A stretch of DNA of 64,000 nt from NCBI GenBank assembly GCA_963740315.1, contig CAVUDP010000002.1, forward strand, positions 3,872,001 to 3,936,000, given 5' to 3'. Below are positions 18,573 through 29,422 of this stretch, in pieces; position 1 is the stretch's first letter, and each line of letters starts with the position of its first letter. Source of the stretch: an uncultured cyanobacterium (GTDB taxonomy: Bacteria; Cyanobacteriota; Cyanobacteriia; Cyanobacteriales; Nostocaceae). Position numbers and translations under genes: made by a program. Under the pieces are notes generated by a model. That model was not told where the DNA came from. It searched no databases and saw nothing but the letters and a program-made list of their open reading frames with translations.

Positions 18573-19928
18573 TTAAAGAGTTAATTCACTAGTGCTATCT
18601 AATTCTTGCCTTCTGCCTTTACTTTTTGGCTGTAACTTGGGTAATATTTGCTCGAAATAAATTAAATCGCGTTCGTTCATATTACTTGTTAACTGTCCAC
18701 CAGTTTTTTCAAGTAAACTACCGCGTCCATCTTTCGCTTCAATTTGTACGTTACCATCAGGACTAGCTTTCCATTTATAAGAAAATCGACCATCGATTTC
18801 TACATCTCGCTGTTGTGCAGTAGCATATTCTACAAGCACATTCGTAACACTCTCAACACGAGCAAAATATTCGGCTTCTTGTTTCCCGACTGGAGCAAAA
18901 GATGTTGGAATTGGCTCATTTTTACGTAATGATTTTTGCAAAGAATTAATATCTTGAATATCAACGTTTAGTAAATCGCTTTTTTCTACTTTTACTCCTA
19001 AATTAGTGTTCCGAAACTGCATTAAAAGTTTATCTGTAGCCGAATCTTTTACTTCGTAGTGCGAACCATTGCGAGATATTTGATAATCACCCGCTTGATA
19101 CTGATTTTCTCCTGGCTGAGTTTGTAATTGAAATAAGTTTTTGATTGATGCAGCAAACTGATGTTGCTTTGAATTTTCTTTAAATTCGTTTATTCCTATC
19201 TTTACAGCAGAAGTGACACTCGAAACAACCGTTGATGCATTATTAACTATTTGCTGCCACCAAGAAGTATTTTGAGGTTGCTTCAATCTTTGTTCTATTA
19301 ATTCCTGATATAAATTACGTTCTTGCTGTAGTGCTTTTACTTCTGCTTTCAATTGCTCAACTTCTGAACTTAATAATGTTTTCAAAGGACTATCTTCTAA
19401 TAACTGTAACGATTCAGTTACTCGTGTTGAACCCGGAACGGGAGGTGAGTTTGTATAATCCGCTTCAACGGGTGATAATTCTGGTTGATTAATTTGATTA
19501 ATATTACCTAAACTTTCCCAATATTCTAAGTTTTCGGGTATTTTATCTGTAAAAGTTTCTTGCTCTAAAAAATTGTTAACGATTACCTTACCTTCCGAAT
19601 CAGATTGTAAGAGAACTTTCCCATCTAATTCAATTCTCTTATTCGCAGCCCCATCTACAACTTCCCCAACAGAAGTTGAACGTAATTCTTGAAGTTGTGT
19701 TATTAATTGAGGATTTAATAGCTCTCCTGAGAAACCAGATACTTCATCACGAAATTGATTTTCATCACGTCCATAAACTAATTTATCCCCATCAAATATT
19801 TTTAATCCTTGTTTGTCCGAAGTTTGTTCTACATCCAATACAGCTTTTAATAATACTTCAATTAATTGCTCATACCTTTGCTGCATTGCTGCTGCATCGC
19901 TTTCGTTGACAGTAAATAGATTTGGCAT
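18573..19928 (-). CDS. Hypothetical protein in the conjugation cluster
   Basis: 451-aa ORF with coiled-coil segment. Confidence 0.7.
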   Translation of the reverse strand: MPNLFTVNESDAAAMQQRYEQLIEVLLKAVLDVEQTSDKQGLKIFDGDKLVYGRDENQFRDEVSGFSGELLNPQLITQLQELRSTSVGEVVDGAANKRIELDGKVLLQSDSEGKVIVNNFLEQETFTDKIPENLEYWESLGNINQINQPELSPVEADYTNSPPVPGSTRVTESLQLLEDSPLKTLLSSEVEQLKAEVKALQQERNLYQELIEQRLKQPQNTSWWQQIVNNASTVVSSVTSAVKIGINEFKENSKQHQFAASIKNLFQLQTQPGENQYQAGDYQISRNGSHYEVKDSATDKLLMQFRNTNLGVKVEKSDLLNVDIQDINSLQKSLRKNEPIPTSFAPVGKQEAEYFARVESVTNVLVEYATAQQRDVEIDGRFSYKWKASPDGNVQIEAKDGRGSLLEKTGGQLTSNMNERDLIYFEQILPKLQPKSKGRRQELDSTSELTL

Positions 19929-19933
19929 TTCAT

Positions 19934-20254
19934 TTACTCTCCTTCTACAGCTATTGCTTCCAAACGATTTACAATTAAGGAAGAGCCAACATAAAATACG
20001 GCTAATTCTCCATCAAGTAGCCAAGCATTAAATTCACTTTTTTGTTGAATCTCTCTAGTACATTCATAAGCGGATAATCCGTTGATTTTTCCAGCCAACA
20101 GACCATGCTGGTCAAATATTTCAATTACATGGGGACAATAATTTTTATCAAAAACTGGTTTTTCCTTTGCTTCATCGACCATTTCTAACCATTTAGGATA
20201 TTGTGATAAAACAGCAGAAACTTCTGGACTACAATTAATTATTTTCTCTACCAT
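19934..20254 (-). CDS. Hypothetical protein
   Basis: 106-aa ORF co-oriented and tightly spaced after virD4. Confidence 0.65.
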   Translation of the reverse strand: MVEKIINCSPEVSAVLSQYPKWLEMVDEAKEKPVFDKNYCPHVIEIFDQHGLLAGKINGLSAYECTREIQQKSEFNAWLLDGELAVFYVGSSLIVNRLEAIAVEGE

Positions 20255-20265
20255 ATTGTTTAACT

Positions 20266-22101
20266 CTAAAAAATATTATTTAATTCTTCTGGTGAAGCTA
20301 ACTCTTCTCCTTGCTCAGGTAACGGAAATAACTGTTCTGCTAATGCTTTACGCTCTAAAAACTGTGCAGAACGTTCTTCATCGCTAACAGTAACTTTATT
20401 ATTTCTAATCAATCGTTCCCGTACAAAATCCCATTTACTTTCCGACCAATTCATTTCTTCAATATCGTAGAGGGGAACCTTTATTTTGTGGAGCAAGGGA
20501 ACGTATGCTTCTGTACCACGGCTATAAGCTGGATTAATAATTACTGCTCTACCCGTACCCATTTTTGCGAACTGCGCGGGTTCCAATAAATGTCGTTTTT
20601 GATGATGCTCGTTTCTACTACGAGAACCACCTCCTTTACCAGTGCTTTGAGATTTAGAATTAAATCTAATCTCCATCTCTCCCAAGTAGTCACTGAATAT
20701 CTTTGCAGATTCAGGGTCTTGGGGATTAAAAATAAACTTAGTTGCAGTACCACCCAAAATTGCTCGTGATAATTCTTTCCCATAAACTTTCTCAAGTTGG
20801 GCAATGTTTTGATATCCTAAAATGCCAACAAACCCATCTTCACGTCCTTCGTTTAACCAGTTAACGAGTGCTGGTAAATAGAATGTCGGTAGCTCATCCA
20901 AAGCAACAATTAAAGGGTCACTACGTGGAATAGTGCGGGTGATGTTGCGGGTTACAATCATATGAAGAATTGCAGCAAGCAGTGGACTAACAATGTCTCT
21001 GTTGTTTCTATCCAATCCAAAAACAATCAACTGTTTTCCATCTAAATCAAGTGGTAGTGTTGTTTGACCGCAAAAAGCACCAACGAAGTCACGTTTAAGA
21101 AAGCGCTGAAACATTCGTTGTGCGGTACCAATGATTGATGCAGCCGTTTTCTCTGAATCTTTAACGCTGATTAACTGCGATAATGGTCGAGAAGTCCAAA
21201 CTTTTAACTTATCTTTTGATGCAGCTTCGAGTCTAGCAGCAAGATTTGGTAAAGATAGAATTGCTTGTGCCATCATCAAATCACAGTATTTGTCTTCGCT
21301 AGTCAGAGTTTTAATAGCTTTGGTAACAAGTAAAATACCCTCAACCAAAGAATCTCCTGCTTCTTCAAAGAACTTATCGCTGCTAGCATTTGCACCTCTG
21401 TCAAAGTTACGCGAGATTACCTGTGTAAGTTGTCCGGCTGCAATAGCATCTTCCTCATCTCTCAATAAATCCAACGGATTACAAGTTTCACTTTCAGCAA
21501 ACCCCGGTGCAAATATTCTTACGGAATAACCCCGCTTCATCGCATAAGCTACAGCTCGTTTAGTTTGTGCTGGAAACTTAAAATCGTAGAGCAACATAGG
21601 AAAACCTTGGTCAAAAGTACTACGAATTAAAGGGTCTATGACAGAGAAAGTTTTACCAGAACCAGCTGCACCGATAACAGCTATTCCCCTTTGAGCATCT
21701 GGTACATAAAGAGTTGAATTGGAAGAAAGAAGTTGCTGACTAAAAGTTGGTTTAGTTTTGAGCAAACCGTGAGAGTACCATTGTTTTTGTAAAGCAGTTC
21801 TAATGTACGGGGGAGTTCCAACGTACAATCCTACAGAATTACGAATCGGTTTCGCTATCTGTTTCTTTGCTTTTTTGGCTGCTTGAGATTTTTCTCGACT
21901 ACCACCCCAATAGCTAGTAGCTACTTTACCTTTATAGTTACTTCCAGAAATTAATTTTAAAATACCAATACTAGCAAAGCAGCCGAGCAGTACTAACCCA
22001 GATTGTGATTTCATTAAATTAGACAACTTATCAAACTGGGAATTTTGTGGTGGTGTTGATGGTTGTTGTACCACAAGAAAATCATTATTCATTTTTTTCA
22101 C
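20266..22101 (-). CDS. virD4: Type IV coupling protein (VirD4/TraG-like)
   Basis: N-terminal TM, Walker A GAAGSGKT, YDFK, Walker B ALDELP, GYQNIAQL..YG, SDYLGE. Confidence 0.9.
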   Translation of the reverse strand: MKKMNNDFLVVQQPSTPPQNSQFDKLSNLMKSQSGLVLLGCFASIGILKLISGSNYKGKVATSYWGGSREKSQAAKKAKKQIAKPIRNSVGLYVGTPPYIRTALQKQWYSHGLLKTKPTFSQQLLSSNSTLYVPDAQRGIAVIGAAGSGKTFSVIDPLIRSTFDQGFPMLLYDFKFPAQTKRAVAYAMKRGYSVRIFAPGFAESETCNPLDLLRDEEDAIAAGQLTQVISRNFDRGANASSDKFFEEAGDSLVEGILLVTKAIKTLTSEDKYCDLMMAQAILSLPNLAARLEAASKDKLKVWTSRPLSQLISVKDSEKTAASIIGTAQRMFQRFLKRDFVGAFCGQTTLPLDLDGKQLIVFGLDRNNRDIVSPLLAAILHMIVTRNITRTIPRSDPLIVALDELPTFYLPALVNWLNEGREDGFVGILGYQNIAQLEKVYGKELSRAILGGTATKFIFNPQDPESAKIFSDYLGEMEIRFNSKSQSTGKGGGSRSRNEHHQKRHLLEPAQFAKMGTGRAVIINPAYSRGTEAYVPLLHKIKVPLYDIEEMNWSESKWDFVRERLIRNNKVTVSDEERSAQFLERKALAEQLFPLPEQGEELASPEELNNIF

Positions 22102-22657
22102 TAATAAAACTTTTATTTAAGCGAACGTAATGACCGTTTTGATAACAAAATTTAGTTTGAGATAATAATTTATCTGTGTCTGTAAATTGAGTAATATTCA
22201 AACAAGGAAAGCCTTGGTTAACATTCTCTCCGACTTTAATTAGCTTTTGTGATTTTGGAATTTGGGAATGGGCAATAAATTCTAAAAGTAGCTTACCTGA
22301 ATCGTCATACACCGAATATAAGCACCCCGCAGAACCACAAAGTTGAGGAGAACCATAATCAAAAAGATATAAGTTACCAGCACCTTGGGATGGGATTCGC
22401 ATAACCTTTATTGAGGAAATATTAAGATAACGAGTTGATTTTTTACTAACAACCTTTTTTAGAAGAGGTTTTGGTACAACTTCATCTACATTTTCCCAAG
22501 TGGTGATTGAATGATTTTTGAATAAACTTTTATATAAAGTCGATACAGTTAGAGTCATGACAATTATGCATATAATTAAAACAATAATTTTACTTTTACT
22601 AAGTCGGATTTTATAAAAACTATATATATTTGATTGCATAATTAATTTGATAAACAA
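22085..22657 (-). CDS. Membrane-anchored hypothetical T4SS-associated protein
   Basis: TM segment; LCGSAGCLY motif. Confidence 0.65.
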   Translation of the reverse strand: MFIKLIMQSNIYSFYKIRLSKSKIIVLIICIIVMTLTVSTLYKSLFKNHSITTWENVDEVVPKPLLKKVVSKKSTRYLNISSIKVMRIPSQGAGNLYLFDYGSPQLCGSAGCLYSVYDDSGKLLLEFIAHSQIPKSQKLIKVGENVNQGFPCLNITQFTDTDKLLSQTKFCYQNGHYVRLNKSFISEKNE

Positions 22658-24321
22658 TTCATTGATTCCAATTTTTGCTTATATTTATTTTTAGTTTTTT
22701 GTCCATATTCTGTGACTGTCATTCCCTTATTCAAATCACTAACTTGAGAATCAATTGGAATATTAACCCCAGCAAAATGCATTTGACTTGCACGCTCAAT
22801 CAATCTATCTCCACTAAAAGGTTTACCTGTGCTTGGGTCAGTTTGCTGCGATGTCATTGATAGTAAATTACTAGTTTCTGATTCTATTGAAGATTGCTGT
22901 TCGGTCGATAAAGAATTCTGTGTCACGCTACTATTTTCTACATTTAATAATGCAGAACTTAAAGCATCGAGATTAGCACCAGATGAATGAATGTTTCTGC
23001 AATCTCTTTGTGTAATAGGTATTAAGTCAGATACATTATTTTTATTGTTTGAAGAAATAAATGGAGAATTATCAAAAGTAAATCCACTACTCTTTAAACC
23101 CGTAGGAATTGACATGGAGTTTTTATTAGAATCAATCCTACCTAAAAATATGGGTTCTTTTTCTCTATAAGTCATGAATGGAACCGGACCAATAAAATAG
23201 GGGGTACATCCCAAATCAACAAAATTATTTCTCATACAAACACGAAAGAATAAAGATTGAGAAACCTTTCCACCGACTTCTGATATATCCCAGACGGCTA
23301 CTTTGAAAGCATCACCAAATAGATTTCGACCCGTCGGTTCTTTACCACCATTAACCAAACCTAAGATTCCTCTTCCACCTTTAACCAATTGGTATTTTCC
23401 GCTAACCCAAGCTTTCCCGTGAACAGCTTGAGAACCAGATAATTCAATATGAGCGCAATCTTTATCACAAGGAACTGCAAATCCTTCCTTATTACTACCT
23501 GAAATAGTTCTATCTCGCTTTTGTTCGTCAGTTGCAAACGCGACATCTACTATTCCAACTTGCATTCCTACAGGGTTAGCAGGATTGGGGAATTGAGAAA
23601 ATGGTACATCGCTTAATCCGGGTATCTCATCAATATAAACTCCTTGCCATTTGTCAAAGCTAGCAATTGGAGTTGTTGATAATCCTGGGATTGAATCGAT
23701 TCGGTAAGATGTTAAATCCGAAGATTCAAAATTTAATTTACCCAAATGGGGAGATTTTTGAAGTAAGTTACCGATAGTTTGATATGAACTAAATGATGTT
23801 GATAAATTCTGCGATAGTAAATCTAGTATTGGTTTGACATCCCTTATCTTCCATTCTTTTAAATCAGGTATTGCTTTAACCAAACTTTCTATTGTTTGAA
23901 ATTTGACTACACCAAAACGGGATAAGTCAATTTCTTGGATATCAGAGCCAGCAATTTGAGAAATATCTAAAAGTGAAAATTCCCCGAGCTTAAAAGAGTC
24001 CTGAAAATCACCCAGCATTGTAAATGAATCTGGTTTTTGTCCCGCGTCCCAACTACGAGAAGGGTCATATCCTAACTTCTGAGAAACATTTACAGGTGCT
24101 TGAAATGAACCAGATTCAGTAATGGCTGGCATTTTAGAAAATGTAATTTGATTCCAATCTGGTAAACGAGTATTTTGCCAACTAATTGTAGGAATTTCTG
24201 TTTGTACGGATGGAGGATTAGATACAGATTTCTGTTGCGATGTAATAAGAACAGCACCACAAATCAAAATTGATAAACTTAATCCACAACTTCTGATTGA
24301 ACGCTTTTTGAATAATTTCAT
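22642..24321 (-). CDS. Secreted T4SS-associated protein
   Basis: Signal-like N-terminus, repeated IPGL segments, Cys pairs (CDKDC, CTPYFIGP). Confidence 0.65.
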   Translation of the reverse strand: MKLFKKRSIRSCGLSLSILICGAVLITSQQKSVSNPPSVQTEIPTISWQNTRLPDWNQITFSKMPAITESGSFQAPVNVSQKLGYDPSRSWDAGQKPDSFTMLGDFQDSFKLGEFSLLDISQIAGSDIQEIDLSRFGVVKFQTIESLVKAIPDLKEWKIRDVKPILDLLSQNLSTSFSSYQTIGNLLQKSPHLGKLNFESSDLTSYRIDSIPGLSTTPIASFDKWQGVYIDEIPGLSDVPFSQFPNPANPVGMQVGIVDVAFATDEQKRDRTISGSNKEGFAVPCDKDCAHIELSGSQAVHGKAWVSGKYQLVKGGRGILGLVNGGKEPTGRNLFGDAFKVAVWDISEVGGKVSQSLFFRVCMRNNFVDLGCTPYFIGPVPFMTYREKEPIFLGRIDSNKNSMSIPTGLKSSGFTFDNSPFISSNNKNNVSDLIPITQRDCRNIHSSGANLDALSSALLNVENSSVTQNSLSTEQQSSIESETSNLLSMTSQQTDPSTGKPFSGDRLIERASQMHFAGVNIPIDSQVSDLNKGMTVTEYGQKTKNKYKQKLESMNCLSN

Positions 24322-24345
24322 AATATTAGTTTTTCGTTGTTGGGT

Positions 24346-25122
24346 TTAATATTTTGCTTTAATTACTTCCCCCTGCTCCCTGCCTCTTAGACTTCCGAGT
24401 TCAATTAAGCGATTAACTAACCGCATTGAAATCCCACTTTTACGAGCGGCGTTATCTACAGATTCTCCCATTTCTACCTTGACTAAGAAGTTCGCTATTC
24501 TTGACCACAAACGGGATTCTCTATGAATCAAGCCTCTTTTACTAACAAGTTTTAACCCTCTACTCAGAAGCTGCAATTCTTGATTATTTTTGATGTTAGA
24601 GAATTGAGTTGTTTCGGGAGATATTTTGATATCAGGTATGATTTCTAGAGTATGGAAAGTAGGGGTTTTATCTCCCATTGCCACTTTAAATAAATATACC
24701 TTTCTTCCCGATTTACCTTTTGCAATTACAGTTAATAAGCTAGTATTAGATAATGGTAATTGTCTTACTTTTAATGGATTAATTCGTCGTAAATGTATTA
24801 CCGTTGCTCCTTGCGGGTCGCATTCTTTTCCCTCTACAGATAAGCAGCCATCAACATCTAAAGATGCGAATGTCGGATTATCTAGCCAAACCTTCTCTAC
24901 TATTTCATCACTCCTAATGAAAGATATATTTACTCCATACCCTGGCGATAGTTCAATTTTAGGTATACTTGAAGAACTGTTACCAGTAGCAACTTGTTGA
25001 GTTATTTGTTTCACGCTTTGCTTTACTTCACTTGCAATGGCTGGTGATAAATTGAAGTAAGGAAGCGTTAAAGAACAAATAACAATAAATCCTTTTATAA
25101 TTGAATATTGCTTACTCATCAT
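24346..25122 (-). CDS. T4SS secreted component, VirB9-like by position
   Basis: Signal peptide, follows virB10, paralogous to 60364-61191. Confidence 0.55.
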   Translation of the reverse strand: MMSKQYSIIKGFIVICSLTLPYFNLSPAIASEVKQSVKQITQQVATGNSSSSIPKIELSPGYGVNISFIRSDEIVEKVWLDNPTFASLDVDGCLSVEGKECDPQGATVIHLRRINPLKVRQLPLSNTSLLTVIAKGKSGRKVYLFKVAMGDKTPTFHTLEIIPDIKISPETTQFSNIKNNQELQLLSRGLKLVSKRGLIHRESRLWSRIANFLVKVEMGESVDNAARKSGISMRLVNRLIELGSLRGREQGEVIKAKY

Positions 25123-25135
25123 CTAAAAACGATTA

Positions 25136-26833
25136 CTAAAATTGAAAAGATTGATTAACAAAGACTTGTACATTCGTACCTGCTTTGACATACCAAACAT
25201 CTTCTTGTTGCTGTAGCTCTTGTAGTGCTTGCTGATTACGTTTAATAATTTGTTGAGTTAGCGGTTCAAATCCTCCCTCTAAAACCGCTCCTAAAATATT
25301 TTCTCGACTTCTTCTAACAGAGGAGAAAGAATTAGTACCACTAAATCCACTACTAGTTGATATTTGTTCTTCTTTGGGCTGGTTAAGGACTTTACCGACT
25401 TTCGCTAAAGAACCTACAGCAAAAGTTTGTGCATCTCGTCGCGCAATTTCTCCTTTCTTACTGTTTAAACGAGACGCAATTAAAGGTTTACCGGACTTAC
25501 CACGAATGGCGATCGCACTAGGAGGGAGAATATATTCTTTACCATCAATCACAACTTGAGTTGCTTGAAGTTCAACTAGTCCCCCTTGATTAACGTTATT
25601 AATTTGAGCTACAACCTGAGAACCTTTTGGTAAAACAGCAAAACCGTCTCGTGTATTTAATGGTTGTTCCAGTTCGATTACAAAACTTTCGCTTTTTGAC
25701 TTATTTTTAGATTGTTGAAAAGGATTTTTGTTTTGATGTTTACTCCAAATTAAAGGGGTTAACAACTTTCCATCAACAGATTCCCCCACCTGCAATTGAT
25801 AATTATTTTCATACCCAATAATTGCAGCTTCTTCGGTATGAAGAGGTTCTAGTTCATTGTTGTTTGATGTTTGAGTTGTATAATCCGCTGCTTTTACTAG
25901 AGTTGCAGAGGGGATTATTTGTTTTGGTTGTTCTTGTATGGTGTTATCAATCGTACTTTCGGAGGCTTGCTTATCAGAATTTGCAGTAATTACGCTTGAA
26001 CCATAGCTTCCCAAACGACTAATTTTAGTCCATTCTTCCATCGGGTCAGTTTTTTCTTCAATTTTGGGCACAGTTGGTTTACTTATTCTATTTACAGTCG
26101 GTTGAAATTTCGGTATTTGTGGAGTTCTAGGGGGACTATAACTTACAGGTAATGGTTGTGGTTTCGGACGAGGTATATATGGAACTCGTGTCGGTCGTGG
26201 CGGTCTTGAAACTATTTTAGTTCTGACGGGTGTAGAATATTCTCTTGTTGGAGTTGGTCTAATGTTAGTTTTTATGAATGGTTCTTTTGTAGGTTTAACT
26301 TTGGGTTTTGGTTTGCTTACAGCCGTTTTAGGACTTTTAGCACCTTCAATAGATTTAATTTTTTCAGCTTGAGTTGATAGTGCTAACTCTGCTTTTAACT
26401 TTCCCGTTTCTCTTTTATTAGAATCATCAGCGATTTCTACTTTAGGTTTGGATTGTTTAGAGTATTGTGTCGGGGGTGCAGTTTTAAGACTACCCGACAT
26501 AATACTATTTAAAACCGTTGCAGCAGAACCAAATACCACCAGCATTACCAAACCGACTGCACCAAATTTAGCGAAAGGATTGCTATAGAAATTCGGTTGA
26601 GTTTTCCCCTCATGTGGAGAGTCAAATAGTTCATGTGTTGCAATCGGATTTGCAGCGTCTGCGTGATTATTTACTTCTTCGGAATTACTATCTTGAATTT
26701 CAGTAATTTCTTCTTTCAAATGTGGTTGATTGTCGTCTTGAAATCCAAGCAGTTTCACAAAGCTGACTTCATTCCAATCACTATCTGAAAAATCCGAATC
26801 TGTAGAATTATTTTTATTAGATTGCTCATCCAT
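25136..26833 (-). CDS. virB10: TrbI/VirB10-like T4SS protein
   Basis: TM, Pro-rich linker, LPKGSQVV, AVLEGGF, VKAGTNVQVFVN C-terminus. Confidence 0.75.
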   Translation of the reverse strand: MDEQSNKNNSTDSDFSDSDWNEVSFVKLLGFQDDNQPHLKEEITEIQDSNSEEVNNHADAANPIATHELFDSPHEGKTQPNFYSNPFAKFGAVGLVMLVVFGSAATVLNSIMSGSLKTAPPTQYSKQSKPKVEIADDSNKRETGKLKAELALSTQAEKIKSIEGAKSPKTAVSKPKPKVKPTKEPFIKTNIRPTPTREYSTPVRTKIVSRPPRPTRVPYIPRPKPQPLPVSYSPPRTPQIPKFQPTVNRISKPTVPKIEEKTDPMEEWTKISRLGSYGSSVITANSDKQASESTIDNTIQEQPKQIIPSATLVKAADYTTQTSNNNELEPLHTEEAAIIGYENNYQLQVGESVDGKLLTPLIWSKHQNKNPFQQSKNKSKSESFVIELEQPLNTRDGFAVLPKGSQVVAQINNVNQGGLVELQATQVVIDGKEYILPPSAIAIRGKSGKPLIASRLNSKKGEIARRDAQTFAVGSLAKVGKVLNQPKEEQISTSSGFSGTNSFSSVRRSRENILGAVLEGGFEPLTQQIIKRNQQALQELQQQEDVWYVKAGTNVQVFVNQSFQF

Positions 26834-27654
26834 TATAAATTCTCCGCTTGTAAATCACGAATTGCATAAATTTCTAATCCACTAGCACGAACTTGATAAA
26901 TAACAGTAGCTAATTCGCTTGTATTAACAGGAGCTTCTGGAGCAACAACTGCTCTAACAAATATCTCTTTATTAAATGGAATTACTTCCCCCATACTATT
27001 ACTCTGGTCAAAAACATTTAAATTAGCAATCATTTTTACTTTCCATTTCCCTTCATCAATTTTGATAGGAGATTGAATTGATAACGGAATTAAAACTACT
27101 TGAGTTGTACCTTTAAAAACTCCCTGTGGTGTGATTGAAGCGAGCTTTTTGAGAAAGTCTTTACGAAAATCTTCTGATAGTGCATAAGACGCTTGCCACG
27201 CTCCGGATGTAACCTTACTACCCCTTAATCCTCGTTCTCCAATGTTTACACCTTTGTCCTTGATTGGTTTTGCGTTTTCTTCAACAGTTGTAGGGGGTAG
27301 TGTTCCAGACCAATTCATCATCAAGGTCATAGTATCGGAAACAAAGCGGGATACTACCTGGGGAGTGCGTTCAACATTTCCCAACGGTGCAACTTTAATT
27401 CCTTTACCTGTTTCTAATTGAACCAATGAAGGAGGTGGTTTTTTATTTAGCTGTGAATAGGAACCATAGAGTAATATAAGCAGAAAAAATGTGATTAAAT
27501 GTAATCCAAAAGTCCCAACAGCAAACAATGCTAAAGTATCGCCAGTAGAGAATTTTTTGGATGCACGATTTAAAAACTTTAATCTTTTATTATCAGTTGA
27601 TTCTGACTTAAAATTGCTATCTAAATTTGCCATATTTTTTCTATTTACTAACAA
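26833..27654 (-). CDS. T4SS bitopic membrane protein, VirB8-like
   Basis: Single TM, LVQLxxG and GLEI motifs shared with 57729-58484. Confidence 0.55.
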   Translation of the reverse strand: MLVNRKNMANLDSNFKSESTDNKRLKFLNRASKKFSTGDTLALFAVGTFGLHLITFFLLILLYGSYSQLNKKPPPSLVQLETGKGIKVAPLGNVERTPQVVSRFVSDTMTLMMNWSGTLPPTTVEENAKPIKDKGVNIGERGLRGSKVTSGAWQASYALSEDFRKDFLKKLASITPQGVFKGTTQVVLIPLSIQSPIKIDEGKWKVKMIANLNVFDQSNSMGEVIPFNKEIFVRAVVAPEAPVNTSELATVIYQVRASGLEIYAIRDLQAENL

Positions 27655-28669
27655 TTCTTGTTACAAAAGTAGAAAGACCAAAACTAGCAATACTCGAAAA
27701 ACTTCTAAAAACAGCTAATCCACCACCTGCTGCTAAAGTTACAGATAAAATGGGGGCAAGAATACCAATTGCAAATGCAAAAATCATTGGGTCATTATTG
27801 TCAGCATTTAGCACCATCGTGGCAACCAAACCGGAAATAATATTGAAACAAATTTTTATCATTCCTACCGAGAAGAAACCCGTTAACCATGCAAAAATAG
27901 CTTTTTGACCAACTGGAAGTAATGAACCTCCAACAGCTAGCGGTCCTAGTAATGCAGTTAGTAACATACAAATCTCGATTATCCATTGAAAAGCAGCTGC
28001 AAGTGCGAGAAGCCAACCACGTACTGTTAATTGAAAAATATTGGTGTTGAAAAAATCACTGGCATTTTGGAGCCAAGATGGACGATTATCTTGCTCGGCT
28101 TCTGCTTCAATTTCTTTTGCTTGTCGGGCTGCATTTTGTAAACACTCGGTTTGTTGGGTTGGGTCGGCAATGGTATTACATTGATTAATCAGCGACTCAA
28201 TTGCATCTGTTTTACCAGTTTTGAGCATTACTTGTTGATAAGCTTCTTGGAGTTGGATAGAAGCAGAGGTGGAAACTAACAGGGTTTGATTAGTTTGGTT
28301 GATGATTCCTCTTAAACCTTTAGTTACAGCTATTAATTGTTGACCGTTGTTTGCAAGTAGGACTATGACAACGATTGTCCAGATTAATTCGGTAAATCCT
28401 TTGGAACTATCACCGTCAATCATTTCCTTTGTCCATTGGACTATGAAAATCAATAATGTTCCAACAGCGAAGAATATTCCTAAGTTGGCGATCGCGCTAT
28501 AAAGTCCCCCACCCAAAACGTCATCCCAAAGCTTATCTATTGATTGAGCAACAGCTTCACTTGCTGCTATGCCGTCCTCAGTTATCGTAGAAGCAGCTTG
28601 TCCGGGGTTAGGATTTTGTGGCTGGGCTTGAGAAAGGATTAGCCCGTACTTCAAAAAATAATAGAACAT
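27641..28669 (-). CDS. Polytopic T4SS membrane protein, VirB6-like
   Basis: Multiple TMs; FQW..E..PLAxGxSLLP..AWxxGF shared with 56637-57725. Confidence 0.65.
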   Translation of the reverse strand: MFYYFLKYGLILSQAQPQNPNPGQAASTITEDGIAASEAVAQSIDKLWDDVLGGGLYSAIANLGIFFAVGTLLIFIVQWTKEMIDGDSSKGFTELIWTIVVIVLLANNGQQLIAVTKGLRGIINQTNQTLLVSTSASIQLQEAYQQVMLKTGKTDAIESLINQCNTIADPTQQTECLQNAARQAKEIEAEAEQDNRPSWLQNASDFFNTNIFQLTVRGWLLALAAAFQWIIEICMLLTALLGPLAVGGSLLPVGQKAIFAWLTGFFSVGMIKICFNIISGLVATMVLNADNNDPMIFAFAIGILAPILSVTLAAGGGLAVFRSFSSIASFGLSTFVTRIVSK

Positions 28670-28693
28670 ACGGGAGGAAAGAAATATTTTTAA

Positions 28694-29407
28694 TTAAAAC
28701 AATCTAGCTTGTGATGCAGTTCTCAGGTTACTAAACCCCTGACCAACAACTTCTTTTTGCCTTGCTTGGTTTTGCCCGTCTACAGACCGGGATATGTTAG
28801 TCAAATTAAGATTAGCCAAGTCTTGAGATTGTTTATATTTCAACCCATCGGTTCGCATTGCACCCAAAATACCTGTAATTTGAGTGTTTTGTTGAGCAAT
28901 ACGTTTCATAACATTTTGAGTGACAACATCATTCTGAGCAGCATCAGAAAAAACGGAGACTGTCTCAATTGATGATTGGGTTTTTTCAACTTGTGCTTTC
29001 ATATTTTCTTGTCCCTCTTTACTCAAGGTAAAATCTGAATCAGCCCTCGTTATTTGACGATCCACTTCATTGCTTGCTCTGTCAACACTATTTACAGCAT
29101 TGTCATTATCAGAAGCTATTTGTTCAATTTTTTCTCTAACTTTTGTTGCATCTGGTAAGCCCAATACACCAGCAGCTTCCGACACTACCGTTTGTAAATC
29201 CCCTTCTAAAGATTCTGATAAATTATCTAGTTTCTGAGAAATTGTTGAAGAAATATAGTTGTTTAACAAGCGGCTTTGTTGTTGCCATTGTTCAACCAAT
29301 GCGGTTAAGGGATTACTTCTAACTAAAGCATAAGCACTACTGCCAATGCCAATTGTTGCAATTGTAAAAGCTCCGACAAATATTACTATTCTCCTTTTTA
29401 ATTTCAT
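28694..29407 (-). CDS. Secreted helical T4SS protein, VirB5/TrbJ-like
   Basis: Signal peptide, Gln/Asn-rich helical C-terminus, located between virB4 and the virB6-like gene. Confidence 0.5.
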   Translation of the reverse strand: MKLKRRIVIFVGAFTIATIGIGSSAYALVRSNPLTALVEQWQQQSRLLNNYISSTISQKLDNLSESLEGDLQTVVSEAAGVLGLPDATKVREKIEQIASDNDNAVNSVDRASNEVDRQITRADSDFTLSKEGQENMKAQVEKTQSSIETVSVFSDAAQNDVVTQNVMKRIAQQNTQITGILGAMRTDGLKYKQSQDLANLNLTNISRSVDGQNQARQKEVVGQGFSNLRTASQARLF

Positions 29408-29422
29408 ATACTTTCACTCTAT

